A stretch of DNA of 64,000 nt from assembly GCA_038870975.1 (NCBI GenBank), contig JAVZJD010000001.1, forward strand, positions 64,001-128,000, read 5' to 3'. How positions within the stretch are numbered: position 1 is the first letter of the stretch; each line of letters begins with the position of its first letter. This document shows positions 19,527 to 28,809 of this stretch, in pieces. A program made the translations under genes and the position numbers. Origin of the DNA: Candidatus Bathyarchaeia archaeon (GTDB lineage: Archaea; Thermoproteota; CALKCG01; B24). The notes beneath the pieces are model-generated. The model was given only the letters and a program-made list of their open reading frames with translations, was not told the origin of the DNA and ran no database searches.

Positions 19527-19860
19527 GGCATGAGAAATTATGACGGGTTTCCTCAAAACATAAGCCATCTATACTTGAATCACTTTCAATATAACTCCTG
19601 GGCTAATACTAGCCATATATTATACGTTTAAACCGACCCGACCTTCTTCAGAAGTGTTTGAAATTTATTTGCTAAATGTATGCTTTAGTGGAAGCTTGCA
19701 ATAATCTACTACTCTTACCATGATGCATTCAATTATGAGTCTTTTCCACATCCCTAACGGCATGACCTTCATAGGCATCTTGTAGTTTACGTTCCTCAAT
19801 ATGATGACAGGTTTTATTTATACAACATCATATTCCATGAAGAGTTTAAGTGCATATGAG

Positions 19861-20160
19861 TTGACTTTAAAAGTAGAACTAAGGATAGGGAGAAGTAGAA
19901 GCTTCCTAACCATTCCAGCTCTAATAAAGATAGCCTTGAAGCTGAAGAACCTCAACTAGTCATACCGATAAAACTGGCTGAAGCTTTAAGCTTAACGAAC
20001 TATGGGCATCGATAGAGGATTTAAGCGTAACTGGAGAAGCCTTAGACTATGGACTTGAAGCGTTTATGAACGTAAAACTTCTACTGAGGATAGAGAACAA
20101 GTGAAAATTTGAAGTTACCATTAAATAATAACTCGACTTCACATAATAAGGTGGTTGTAA
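19861..20160 (+). pseudogene. Degraded aspartyl-protease-like gene, copy 2
   Basis: LTLKVELRIG...EAEEPQLVIPIKLAEALSL; shares gctttaagcttaacgaactatgggcatcgatagag exactly with copy 1. Confidence 0.55.
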
Positions 20161-20181
20161 TTTTTCAGGAGAAAACAATAG

Positions 20182-21063
20182 TTAGTATCTAAGGAGTAGT
20201 TCCTCTGGTCTGTAAAACTCCTCCGTAGCTTTTAAAAGCCATATTCTCGCTTCTTTAGCCTTCTCTATGAGTTCAACCATTGGTAAGGAGACGTACATCA
20301 CAAGTATGATGTTCTTCCTAAGCTTCTCAGGATGGTTTTCTCTAAGCTTATTCAGCTTGTTTAAAAGCTCGTCTACAAGCCCAGCTCCAGCTCTAACAGT
20401 AGCTTCTCCGATTACACATACATCGTCTGAAACCCCGTAAACGTTCAACTCCAGGTCTGGAAGAATGAGCGAAGTCAAATCGACGTTTATACCGATCTCC
20501 TTAAGCCTATGTTTAACCACGGACTTAGCTTCATCTTCAACATCTATTGTGAGCTTCTCTAAAGTCTTCTCAACTCTGCTGAGCCTAGTGTCCATTCTGC
20601 CGATAATGGCGAGCATTTCATTGAAATCTTCCCTGAGCTTGTTAAAATCTTCCCTAAGCCTTACCTGCTCCTCCCTTAGGTTTTTCTGCTCCTCCCTCAA
20701 CTTCACCTGTTCCTCCCTTAGGTTTTTCTGCTCCTCCCTGATGGACGCTATTTCTCTCCAAATTTTAGTCTGCTCTTCCCTAAGCCTTACCTGCTCCTCC
20801 CTTAGGTTTTTCTGCTCCTCCCTCAACTTCACCTGTTCCTCCCTTAGGTTTTTCTGCTCCTCCCTGATGGACGCTATTTCTCTCCAAATTTTAGTCTGCT
20901 CTTCCCTAAGCCTTACCTGCTCCTCCCTTAGGTTTTTCTGCTCCTCCGCTATTGCGTCAAGCCTTTTGAGAACTTCAGATAGGCCTAAGTACCCCGCCAC
21001 GGCATAGCGGAACTCTAAATCCTTATCTAAAAGCTCTAAAATCTCACGTTTTAAAGACTCCAT
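20182..21063 (-). CDS. Heptad-repeat coiled-coil protein with C-terminal degenerate PD-(D/E)XK-like domain
   Basis: N-terminal DLEFRYAVAGYLG, EEQxxLR heptads and ELNVYG...IGEATVR motif. Confidence 0.8.
   Translation of the reverse strand: MESLKREILELLDKDLEFRYAVAGYLGLSEVLKRLDAIAEEQKNLREEQVRLREEQTKIWREIASIREEQKNLREEQVKLREEQKNLREEQVRLREEQTKIWREIASIREEQKNLREEQVKLREEQKNLREEQVRLREDFNKLREDFNEMLAIIGRMDTRLSRVEKTLEKLTIDVEDEAKSVVKHRLKEIGINVDLTSLILPDLELNVYGVSDDVCVIGEATVRAGAGLVDELLNKLNKLRENHPEKLRKNIILVMYVSLPMVELIEKAKEARIWLLKATEEFYRPEELLLRY
20648..20947. repeat. Intragenic tandem repeat: ~2.4 exact copies of a 126-bp unit built from 21-bp heptad subunits
   Basis: Unit start tcttccctaagccttacctgctcc recurs at 20648, 20774 and 20900. 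Confidence 0.95.
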
Positions 21064-21242
21064 AGATGTCAGTTAAAGTCTACAGAAGACTCATATTTAA
21101 ACTATGAGCTAAACGGTTTAACTCAAGTTGAATGTAAGATGGTTTAGCTTATGGTATGCGATTTAAACACCGCCAGTATGTTGGGTGTCCCTAGAGGCCT
21201 TCGCAGTGTATCTACGTTAAAAATGATTCACTAGTATCCGCT

Positions 21243-21581
21243 CTAAACAACCATAGTGTCTTTCCCAGTAGGGGGCTTAATCTGTTTAAGCTTCTCTACG
21301 ACCTCTGGATGCTTCTTCTCAAGCTCTTTCAAAGACTTATCTATCAGCCTATTCAACTCGTCCATGTTTTTAGCCCTCTCAAACATCTTAATAGACTTAT
21401 CCATCCAATCTATAAGGATTTTATGCTGTTTCAACTCCTCCTCAAGTCTTTTCATCTCCTCCTTAGCCCTATTATACCTCTCTACTAACTCGTTTAAATT
21501 CTTCTTGAGAAGCGAAATATATGCTTTTATAGTCTCATCCTCTTCACCCATCGCGCGCTCAGCCTTATTGATATATGTCAA
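21243..21581 (-). CDS. Small coiled-coil hypothetical protein
   Basis: K/E/L-rich helical ORF; likely start at MGEEDE (~21551). Confidence 0.65.
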   Translation of the reverse strand: MTYINKAERAMGEEDETIKAYISLLKKNLNELVERYNRAKEEMKRLEEELKQHKILIDWMDKSIKMFERAKNMDELNRLIDKSLKELEKKHPEVVEKLKQIKPPTGKDTMVV

Positions 21582-21701
21582 ATCGAACGTTTAACCTTAT
21601 CTGAAGACTTCAAATTTCAAGGTTTGACTATCTACGTAATGGAGGGGGTCGGTCATTAAGCTTTTATTTGGAAGACGTCTACTATTAATGGGCTTTTAAC
21701 C

Positions 21702-24269
21702 TTGTCCCACATAGCTAAGAGGACTTTAGAGGCTTCAATCGTAATTCTCTTAGTAATGCTTACAACATATGCTTACGTCGTCATCCTAGGCGGTTTACCG
21801 TACGACCTGCTGATGGATGCATATGGACTTTTAAAACGCAACTTTGAACTGGTAAACTACTGCTGGATTTCAGAAGGGCTTGGTAGAGCAAACGATAGAC
21901 TAGCTTTTACGACGTCATACATTCTTCTAGCTCTTCTAAACTCTCTAGGAGTCGATTTGAGCTCAGCCTGCTTAATTTTCCTACTCCTCTTATGGGTTTT
22001 AGGCGGAGGCTCTATGTATCTACTGGTTAAAAGGTTTTCGAGAAGTCGATTAACCGGTTTAACAGCCATGTTTATATACCTTGGAGCAGCTACAGCTTTA
22101 AGAGGTCTATGGCGAAGCTTAGACGCCTCAGCTTTATATGTTTTAATGCCTCTTGTCCTTTTAACGGTAGATGAAGCGCATAAGAGGAGAGACCCCCTTT
22201 ATGGATTCTACACGGCTTTAACATGTACTCTATTTTCAGGAGCATTAGCTAAACTCGGCAACCTAGCCGTTTTAATCCTGACAATCTTAGCGTACTTTAC
22301 CGTTAAAACGTACGGAGAAGATGTAAAGTTGAAGACGGTTATGCTTTTTTTGACGACGGCTGGATTCTCATGGCTCATGATGAACATCTGGTGGATAGCT
22401 ATACCTCCAAGCTTAAACGTTGAAAGCTTTAATCCGATATGTTTAATAGCCTTTCCCGTATCCGCTTTAACGCTTCTACTAGCATCTAGAGTAGACAAAA
22501 TGGATATGATACAAGCTTTAGCGATAATCTCCCCAGCTTTAGTTTTAATGGATCCACGTGAAGTTGTTTCGTTAAACGTCTCTCCTGAGGTTTTAGTCAT
22601 AATCTCAGTAGATGCCACGATTCTAGTGGCTTTAGGTCTTAAAAGATTCTCAGAGGTTTTTAGCAACTATATATCCATATCGCTCGTCCTAGAGGGGGAT
22701 GGTGTTAGAGAATACGACCTTGTAAAACCCGTTGTTTTTCTAATAGCTTCAGGTGTAATCCTCTACCAAGGTTTAACCATTCCACCACTATGGACCAGCA
22801 GTTTAAACATACCTGAGTACTATGGAGAGTTAGCACATCTACTCCCACCCGGAGACTATAGGATTCTAACGATGCCAGTTACATGGGGGGAAGTCTTCTA
22901 TTATTGGAGTGATAGGAAGTATGAGAAGCCAGTCGAAAGCCTAGTACTAGATAAATCAACAGTCTACGGCCGTGAATTCACTGTTCTCAACGATTTAACC
23001 CGAAAAGCAGGGTTCTGGAGGATTCTATCCACTTTAAACGTTAAATTCATACTGCTCCATTACGATGTCAGCCAAGATGATCTTCAAAACGTAGATCCAA
23101 GGCTTATAGAGACGAGGCTTAACTACAGCTTCATAGTGGAGCCGAGCTTAGCCAATGGAATTGTCAATGTAGCATCTGAAGCTGTTAAACCTATTACGAG
23201 GGATTTAGGATTCGTCCAGCTCATCAACTTCAACCCAGAGACATATCATTACATTGAAGCCAGATGCGTAGAGGAAGAGGAAGCACAGTCTGAAATCCAT
23301 CTATTTGCATATGGAGAAGCCTGTGCGAGCGAAGAGCCGAACTTGAATCAAACCTTCAGCTTTGCATACATTCTTCCAAGAGCGATGAACTGGCTTGACT
23401 ACAACTACTTAGAGTTTTGGATTAAGATAAACAGTTCAGACACGATCACGATTCAAGTTCAAGACGTCTTCGGCCATTGGGCTCTATGGCGGTTAAACCT
23501 GAAAGAGCGGGATTGGAACCTCGCAATCATATGGTTGAATGACGCGGATTTAGACGTAGGTCTAGATAGGTCGAAAGTAGCTGCTATTGTTTTCTCAGTG
23601 CATTCCAAGATAGGTAGAATCGTAGAAGTTGAAGTTGGCGGTATTTTCTTAGACGAGGGGGTTGTATTGGGCGCTAAGCCTATAGAACTATTTGGAAAGT
23701 TTAACCATCAGCTTACAGTGTATAGGCTTCTGGATGGGTTTGAAACACCGAATGTTTACGCGGTTGAAGAAGTTTTGAAGAGCGAAGGGGATATTTTTGA
23801 AAACATTCTGAAGGATGAATTTGACCCTAGGAGCAAAGCCTACGTAGATGGTGAAATTCTACAGGTCTCCCACGCCGAATTAGAATACGTAAAGCTGGAG
23901 CCTACGAAATATAGAGTTACAGTTCACAATTTCCAAGATAGGTTTCTAATAGTTCTAAGTGAAAAGTTCGACCCAGGGTGGGCTCTGTATGTCGGTGAAC
24001 CATATTTGATGAACATGTTGATCGAAGCAAAGCATCAAAATGTAAAACACGTGAAAGTTAACGGTTTCTTAAACGGATGGTATATTGAAGCTGAAGAAGT
24101 TAAACCCCTCACATTAACCATAGTATACAGACCTCAGCTTCAGTTAGAAGTGCTTAGAATAGTCTCCACGGTGTTCATGATTCTAAGCATCACTATTATT
24201 CTACTTAGAAAGAAGACTGTCAGTGTGCTAAAGCATATAAAGACATATGGTAGAGAAACTGATAGATAG
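21702..24269 (+). CDS. Polytopic membrane protein, GT-C/YfhO-like glycosyltransferase with extracellular carbohydrate-binding-like domain
   Basis: N-terminal multi-TM region, YRILTMP, LNVKFILLH, and C-terminal LSEKFDPGW...VNGFLNGW before a final TM. Confidence 0.65.
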   Translation: MSHIAKRTLEASIVILLVMLTTYAYVVILGGLPYDLLMDAYGLLKRNFELVNYCWISEGLGRANDRLAFTTSYILLALLNSLGVDLSSACLIFLLLLWVLGGGSMYLLVKRFSRSRLTGLTAMFIYLGAATALRGLWRSLDASALYVLMPLVLLTVDEAHKRRDPLYGFYTALTCTLFSGALAKLGNLAVLILTILAYFTVKTYGEDVKLKTVMLFLTTAGFSWLMMNIWWIAIPPSLNVESFNPICLIAFPVSALTLLLASRVDKMDMIQALAIISPALVLMDPREVVSLNVSPEVLVIISVDATILVALGLKRFSEVFSNYISISLVLEGDGVREYDLVKPVVFLIASGVILYQGLTIPPLWTSSLNIPEYYGELAHLLPPGDYRILTMPVTWGEVFYYWSDRKYEKPVESLVLDKSTVYGREFTVLNDLTRKAGFWRILSTLNVKFILLHYDVSQDDLQNVDPRLIETRLNYSFIVEPSLANGIVNVASEAVKPITRDLGFVQLINFNPETYHYIEARCVEEEEAQSEIHLFAYGEACASEEPNLNQTFSFAYILPRAMNWLDYNYLEFWIKINSSDTITIQVQDVFGHWALWRLNLKERDWNLAIIWLNDADLDVGLDRSKVAAIVFSVHSKIGRIVEVEVGGIFLDEGVVLGAKPIELFGKFNHQLTVYRLLDGFETPNVYAVEEVLKSEGDIFENILKDEFDPRSKAYVDGEILQVSHAELEYVKLEPTKYRVTVHNFQDRFLIVLSEKFDPGWALYVGEPYLMNMLIEAKHQNVKHVKVNGFLNGWYIEAEEVKPLTLTIVYRPQLQLEVLRIVSTVFMILSITIILLRKKTVSVLKHIKTYGRETDR

Positions 24270-25026
24270 TATGAGCGGGGTTTGCGCCGCCGTACTATGC
24301 GGCGGTGTTGGCAGTAGGCTCAGACCTTTAACATACTACTTCCAGAAGGCTATGATACCTGTGGGCTCTAAACAGAAGCCTCTGCTTGAATACATAATCC
24401 TCTTACTGAGGAAGAACGGCGTTGAGAACGTTAACCTTCTCTGCGGTTACAAGTATCAGCAGATCGTAAACTATTTTGGAAGTGGCGAGAGGTTTAATGT
24501 AAAGATAAACTACATAGTAGATAAGAAGGGGTTTAGAGGAACCGGTTGGGCCATGGTGAACGCTTACGAGCAGGGATACTTCGACGGATTTGGAAATATA
24601 CTTGTATACTATGGAGACATATTAACTAATCTTAACATTAGAGACCTAATAAACTACCATGAAAATTCAAATTCTACAGCCACAGTAGCAGTTTCTAGAG
24701 GATATAGGCTTCCAGTTGGAGTAGCCTACATAGAAGGGGCTAGAATAGTTAGATTTGAAGAGAAGCCCCTAATTAACATACCAGTCTGCATAGGGATTAT
24801 GATCCTGAGAAGAGAAGCTTTCAAAATTATGGCTGAGGTATCTAGAAAATATATCAATGAAGAATACGACTTGATGGGGCATTTAATCCCCGAACTAACG
24901 AATAGAGGAAAACTTGTGTATGCATACGATACGGATGCATCATGGTATGACGTAGGTTCGACTGAAAAATACGAAAAACTCGACAACAGTTTTGCGGATA
25001 GGCTTCTAGAGTTTTTGGAGAGATGA
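24247..25026 (+). CDS. Sugar-phosphate nucleotidyltransferase
   Basis: LCGGVGSRLRPLT...KAMIPV, YGDIL, FEEKP and WYDVG motifs. Confidence 0.9.
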   Translation: MVEKLIDSMSGVCAAVLCGGVGSRLRPLTYYFQKAMIPVGSKQKPLLEYIILLLRKNGVENVNLLCGYKYQQIVNYFGSGERFNVKINYIVDKKGFRGTGWAMVNAYEQGYFDGFGNILVYYGDILTNLNIRDLINYHENSNSTATVAVSRGYRLPVGVAYIEGARIVRFEEKPLINIPVCIGIMILRREAFKIMAEVSRKYINEEYDLMGHLIPELTNRGKLVYAYDTDASWYDVGSTEKYEKLDNSFADRLLEFLER

Positions 25027-25050
25027 CTAAAGAGACTATTAAACTACAAA

Positions 25051-25638
25051 CTACGGCTCTCGGTTTGAAGGTAGATTCTCTCTAATCCATACTGCTAGTT
25101 CTCTAAAGGCTTTAGCTCTATGAGAAAACCTATTCTTCTCCTCAGTAGACATTTCAGCAAAAGTTCTCCCATCTCCTTCTAACGGCTGAAATATCGGGTC
25201 AAATCCGAACCCTCCGGAGCCTCTAGGCTCACTGGTTATTAATCCCTCCACTCTACCTTGGAAAACCTTGGCTGGTTTTCCAGGCTCAGCATATGCCACG
25301 ACCGATAGGAAATAGGCATATCGGTCGCTTACACCATTCATAAGTCTTAGAACACCGTTTAAACCTATGGTTTTAAGTATGTAGGACGAGTATGGACCCG
25401 GGAAGCCGTTGAGACCCCTTATGAATAGACCAGCGTCCTCTACAACCACTTTAAAACCTAGACGGCCCGATAATTCCTTAGCGGCGTAAGAGGCTATGTC
25501 TTCTAAGCTATCAGACTGTATTTCAATCTTATCAGCCTCCAGCATGGTCAGTTTTAAACCTAGGCTTTCAAAGATAAGCTTGGCTTCTCTAAACTTCCCC
25601 TTATTTCTAGTAGCAAAGTAGAAGTCCATATCTCCCAC
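25051..25638 (-). CDS. rdgB: Non-canonical purine NTP pyrophosphatase (RdgB/HAM1)
   Basis: ATRNKGK, EDAGL, GFPGPYS, GFGFDPIF and SHRAKA motifs. Confidence 0.95.
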   Translation of the reverse strand: MGDMDFYFATRNKGKFREAKLIFESLGLKLTMLEADKIEIQSDSLEDIASYAAKELSGRLGFKVVVEDAGLFIRGLNGFPGPYSSYILKTIGLNGVLRLMNGVSDRYAYFLSVVAYAEPGKPAKVFQGRVEGLITSEPRGSGGFGFDPIFQPLEGDGRTFAEMSTEEKNRFSHRAKAFRELAVWIRENLPSNREP

Positions 25639-25872
25639 GCTCTTAATTGACTACGGGCTGAGTACATGATCCCCCAGTAGAGATACTCGTATTTAAACCA
25701 CCTATTCCCTATTCTAAAGAAGGTTAAATTTAACTTACCTTATTAAGTTGAGATTGTAGAGTTTAAAAACGGCATTAGATGGAAAAGCGGTTAGGGGATT
25801 ATAGGATATTTAATATCCTAGATTAAACACTCGCTCCACTGAAATTAGAGTAACGTCTTAATTCGATGAGCT

Positions 25873-26940
25873 TTAGAAGCCTAGTGAATGGGATAAATCT
25901 AAAGAGTAAAGCGTCTGCTCATAGTATTTGGGACCATATGTTAAAGTTATCTGGTAGAACAACTCTTTTAGAGACTCTACTCTCTCAAGCCATCCTTCAA
26001 CGTAAACCCTCTCGCCTTTAAAAGCCTGAAGTCTATATTCCTCCACATACGATACTATACGTTTTATGCCGTCTACTCTAAAGCCTTCCACTACGTCTTC
26101 AACTTCAACATCGTATACAGACGGCATGAAAGCCGCCTCATCGTCTCCGAGTATGGTTGCATAGGCTTTTAACCAGCCGAGTCTAACGATACTTCTTAGA
26201 GAACTATACTCGTTCGCGATTTCACCATAATCTTTAACAGGCTCAAACTCGACTTTGACAGGTCTAGCGTTTAACGGCTTATAAACGCCGTATATCAACT
26301 TCCTCTTTTGATGCGCTATGTATAGTTTGTAAGGGTAGTTTTTAAACTTCCATTTAAAACTTAAATCTTCAGATGGATGTTCAAACTCGTTGAATATAAA
26401 ACCCCCTTTGTAGAGGGCTGCCAGACAGTCTCTAAGCTCTTTCAAATTCTTCAGCCCATATATGACGAAATCTAAATCTGAAAAATTTGGATGGTAGAAT
26501 CCGAGGAGTAGGGAGCCGAAGACTCCAAAGTCCTCTAAATTCAACTTCGAAGAACACAGAATCATGTTGAGGACTTTCTCCAATGCTGTTAAAAGCTCAT
26601 CTTTCGAAGAATCTATCAGCCTAATTAAGGCATCCTTTGGAAGCCTAACCTCACCTATTCGGTTTTTAGGGACCCCTGGAAGGTATGCATTTAAAGGCCT
26701 ATAGTAGACTCTATACTCTGGAAAACGCTTATTTATGAGTTTAAACGGTTCATCTCCGTAGAGTTTGTAGTGGGATATTTTGCTACGTCCTCTTGGAGCC
26801 CTGGGATTATTGGAACTGTAGAGATTTGAAGGCACATATTCAAGGTCGCACAAGTATCCGTCAGGTGGATGAGAATACCCCAACACTCTAAATATTAAGC
26901 CGTTTGAACTTATGATATAATCTCTATCTCTTAGGCTCAT
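25873..26940 (-). CDS. COG1665-like predicted nucleotidyltransferase, paralog B
   Basis: GVFGSLLLG...SDLDFVIYG Pol-beta motif and N-terminal IFRVLGYSHP. ATG at 26940 abuts the stop of paralog A (the ORF track extends to 27012). Confidence 0.8.
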   Translation of the reverse strand: MSLRDRDYIISSNGLIFRVLGYSHPPDGYLCDLEYVPSNLYSSNNPRAPRGRSKISHYKLYGDEPFKLINKRFPEYRVYYRPLNAYLPGVPKNRIGEVRLPKDALIRLIDSSKDELLTALEKVLNMILCSSKLNLEDFGVFGSLLLGFYHPNFSDLDFVIYGLKNLKELRDCLAALYKGGFIFNEFEHPSEDLSFKWKFKNYPYKLYIAHQKRKLIYGVYKPLNARPVKVEFEPVKDYGEIANEYSSLRSIVRLGWLKAYATILGDDEAAFMPSVYDVEVEDVVEGFRVDGIKRIVSYVEEYRLQAFKGERVYVEGWLERVESLKELFYQITLTYGPKYYEQTLYSLDLSHSLGF

Positions 26941-26941
26941 T

Positions 26942-27964
26942 TTAGTACAACTTCCTAACTTGAATGTACTCGCCCGGTCTACCTGAGCCGACGACAACCC
27001 TATACTTTTCAATGTTGCTTGAAGTAGATATTTCCCTTTCCAATAGACCTCGAACTTCGAGTAAGTCTCCTTCGGATGCTAAACCCCTATACGTACCATC
27101 CATGACGACAATATCCTTCGGCCTCATTTCAGGAGGCAATCTAGACTCTTCATTAACAGCTCGATAATCTGAAACCCTGTAGATTGCTGGTCTGAAGAAG
27201 GATTCCTCAGCAGATTCAACCATGCATCTAAACCTTACAGTCTTTATAGGCATCCTACGGTATGCTCCATAAACGTCTTTTATTTCATCAGACTTTCTAA
27301 CAGCGTTGAAAACGACTTTGAAACCCTTGTAAGAGATTTTATTTTTACGGAGTCTATCGAACTCATTCTCATACATGTATTTCATAACGTCTTTAGATAC
27401 TAATCCACTCACGGTATTCCTCACTTTTCTAAAGTTTAATCCTCCGTAGATCGCTACGTCAACATCGGGTTTTTCAGACAGCATATCTAAACAGAGAGAG
27501 CCATGTATACCAAAATTCTTCAATTCAATGTCGGAATTGGAGGAAATCAATTCAATCCATTCAACGGCCACATCCTCCACTGGAAGACGATTCTTTTTGC
27601 GTATAAGTCTAAATAGAGCATCCCTAGGTTTGAAAACACACTCTATTTTATCTTTAGGAACAGATGTTAAGACTTTAGAGTTGTATGGACATTCGTAGAC
27701 GTAATGTGGGAAGTTTTCACTGAAAACCCTTAAGATCTCTTGAAGATTCTCAGGACTGTAAAGTTTAACTGGTCTCACATACATCTCACTCTCATGCTTC
27801 CAAACCCACGGTAAAAACTCCATCTTAAATAAACTTTTAAAACGCTCCGGCACATACTTTAAATAGGCAATATAGCGATCATCAGGATGCTCATAACCGA
27901 AGACGTAGAAAATAAAGCCATCCTGAGTTTTAATGATATCTCCATCGACGAGTTTTTCAGACAT
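26942..27964 (-). CDS. COG1665-like predicted nucleotidyltransferase, paralog A
   Basis: GIHGSLCLD...DVDVAIYG, N-terminal [10 protein letters not shown]...YLKYVP and an OB-fold-like C-terminus. Confidence 0.8.
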   Translation of the reverse strand: MSEKLVDGDIIKTQDGFIFYVFGYEHPDDRYIAYLKYVPERFKSLFKMEFLPWVWKHESEMYVRPVKLYSPENLQEILRVFSENFPHYVYECPYNSKVLTSVPKDKIECVFKPRDALFRLIRKKNRLPVEDVAVEWIELISSNSDIELKNFGIHGSLCLDMLSEKPDVDVAIYGGLNFRKVRNTVSGLVSKDVMKYMYENEFDRLRKNKISYKGFKVVFNAVRKSDEIKDVYGAYRRMPIKTVRFRCMVESAEESFFRPAIYRVSDYRAVNEESRLPPEMRPKDIVVMDGTYRGLASEGDLLEVRGLLEREISTSSNIEKYRVVVGSGRPGEYIQVRKLY

Positions 27965-28082
27965 GGGTTAATCCAAACCTCTGAAATGCTCTTAGAAAAA
28001 TCTAAGAGTAGAAGTTTAAAAAGGTTTAACCCATAAGCGAACTCAAAGATATATAAACTCACAATACATAGAAAGTTGCTGA

Positions 28083-28349
28083 ATGGTATACGAATCGCAG
28101 GCGTATTTAACATTAATACGTAATGTAGATAGAGGACTTAGAACTAGAACTTTGATAATAAAAGCTCTCAAAAGTGGATGTACGAGTATTGGAGAAGTTT
28201 CAAAAACCACAGGGTTAAAGTACCAGACCATCTTGAAACATATTAAGAAGATGGAGGAAGAAGGTATTGTTGTTAAACGCGGAGAGAAACCTGTAAAATG
28301 GCTTCTGACGGATAGAGGACAGAGAAGTATTTTAATCTACGGAACTTAA
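28083..28349 (+). CDS. Winged-helix (ArsR-like) transcriptional regulator
   Basis: TRTLIIKAL...SIGEVSKTTGLKYQTILKHIKKMEEEGIV helix-turn-helix; divergent from the NTase pair. Confidence 0.85.
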   Translation: MVYESQAYLTLIRNVDRGLRTRTLIIKALKSGCTSIGEVSKTTGLKYQTILKHIKKMEEEGIVVKRGEKPVKWLLTDRGQRSILIYGT

Positions 28350-28356
28350 GGAGAAT

Positions 28357-28634
28357 TTGTTTGTCAGGTAGCGGGGAGAGGCCGCTCCTCCCACCTCCTA
28401 TAACCAACCCGAAGGCTGGTTATAGGCGTCATTTCTGCAGGTTTAAGCTAACCTTTCGGTTAGCCCGTTTCCAAGCCTTTCGACTTGGAAACACCCTGCA
28501 CGACCTATCTACTCAGTCTCACTCATTGGAATCTGTTACGCAACCTTGAGCCGTCCCGAAGGACGGTCAGGGGAGCGTAACAAACTCCGTTGAGCAAGAC
28601 TTTTCGATTTTAGACGACGCTACCTTTTGACCAA
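28357..28634 (-). ncRNA. Unassigned ~270-nt structured RNA with terminal BHB motif (predicted circular RNA)
   Basis: GC-rich island with four hairpins closed by UUCG/GAAA tetraloops on the minus strand; mismatches read as G-U only on the minus strand. Terminal helix GGUAGCG/CGCUACC continues into a BHB. TATA-like box about 25 nt upstream. Confidence 0.85.
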
Positions 28635-28656
28635 GCTTAGGGTCTTCTAATTATTC

Positions 28657-28662
28657 TTTTAA
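28657..28662 (-). promoter_or_regulatory. Putative TATA box (TTAAAA) of the structured RNA
   Basis: About 23-28 nt upstream of the outer BHB helix at 28634, in AT-rich DNA. Confidence 0.5.
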
Positions 28663-28809
28663 GATTAACTGACTATTTTTCTAAATAAATTAGTCTAGTA
28701 AACTGTAACTAGACCTAAAAAAGGTATAATGTATAAATTCATTAAATAAAAATTACTAAATTTAAAAAAGATGGAAAAAAGGTTTGAATTTCCCTTAAAG
28801 CACTGAGGT

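Noticed and set aside
20648-20947. Possible CRISPR array
   Set aside because: Repeats are contiguous, in-frame coding heptads with no unique spacers, and no cas genes are present.
28361-28549. 62-aa plus-strand ORF
   Set aside because: It overlaps the structured RNA; tetraloops and G-U pairs indicate a minus-strand RNA, not a protein.
28357-28634. Assignment as canonical RNase P or SRP RNA
   Set aside because: No GAGGAA-N-UCC / AGAA-NN-CGGCU P4 pair and no CAGG-GNRA-AGCA helix 8 visible; only a loose resemblance to the specificity domain.
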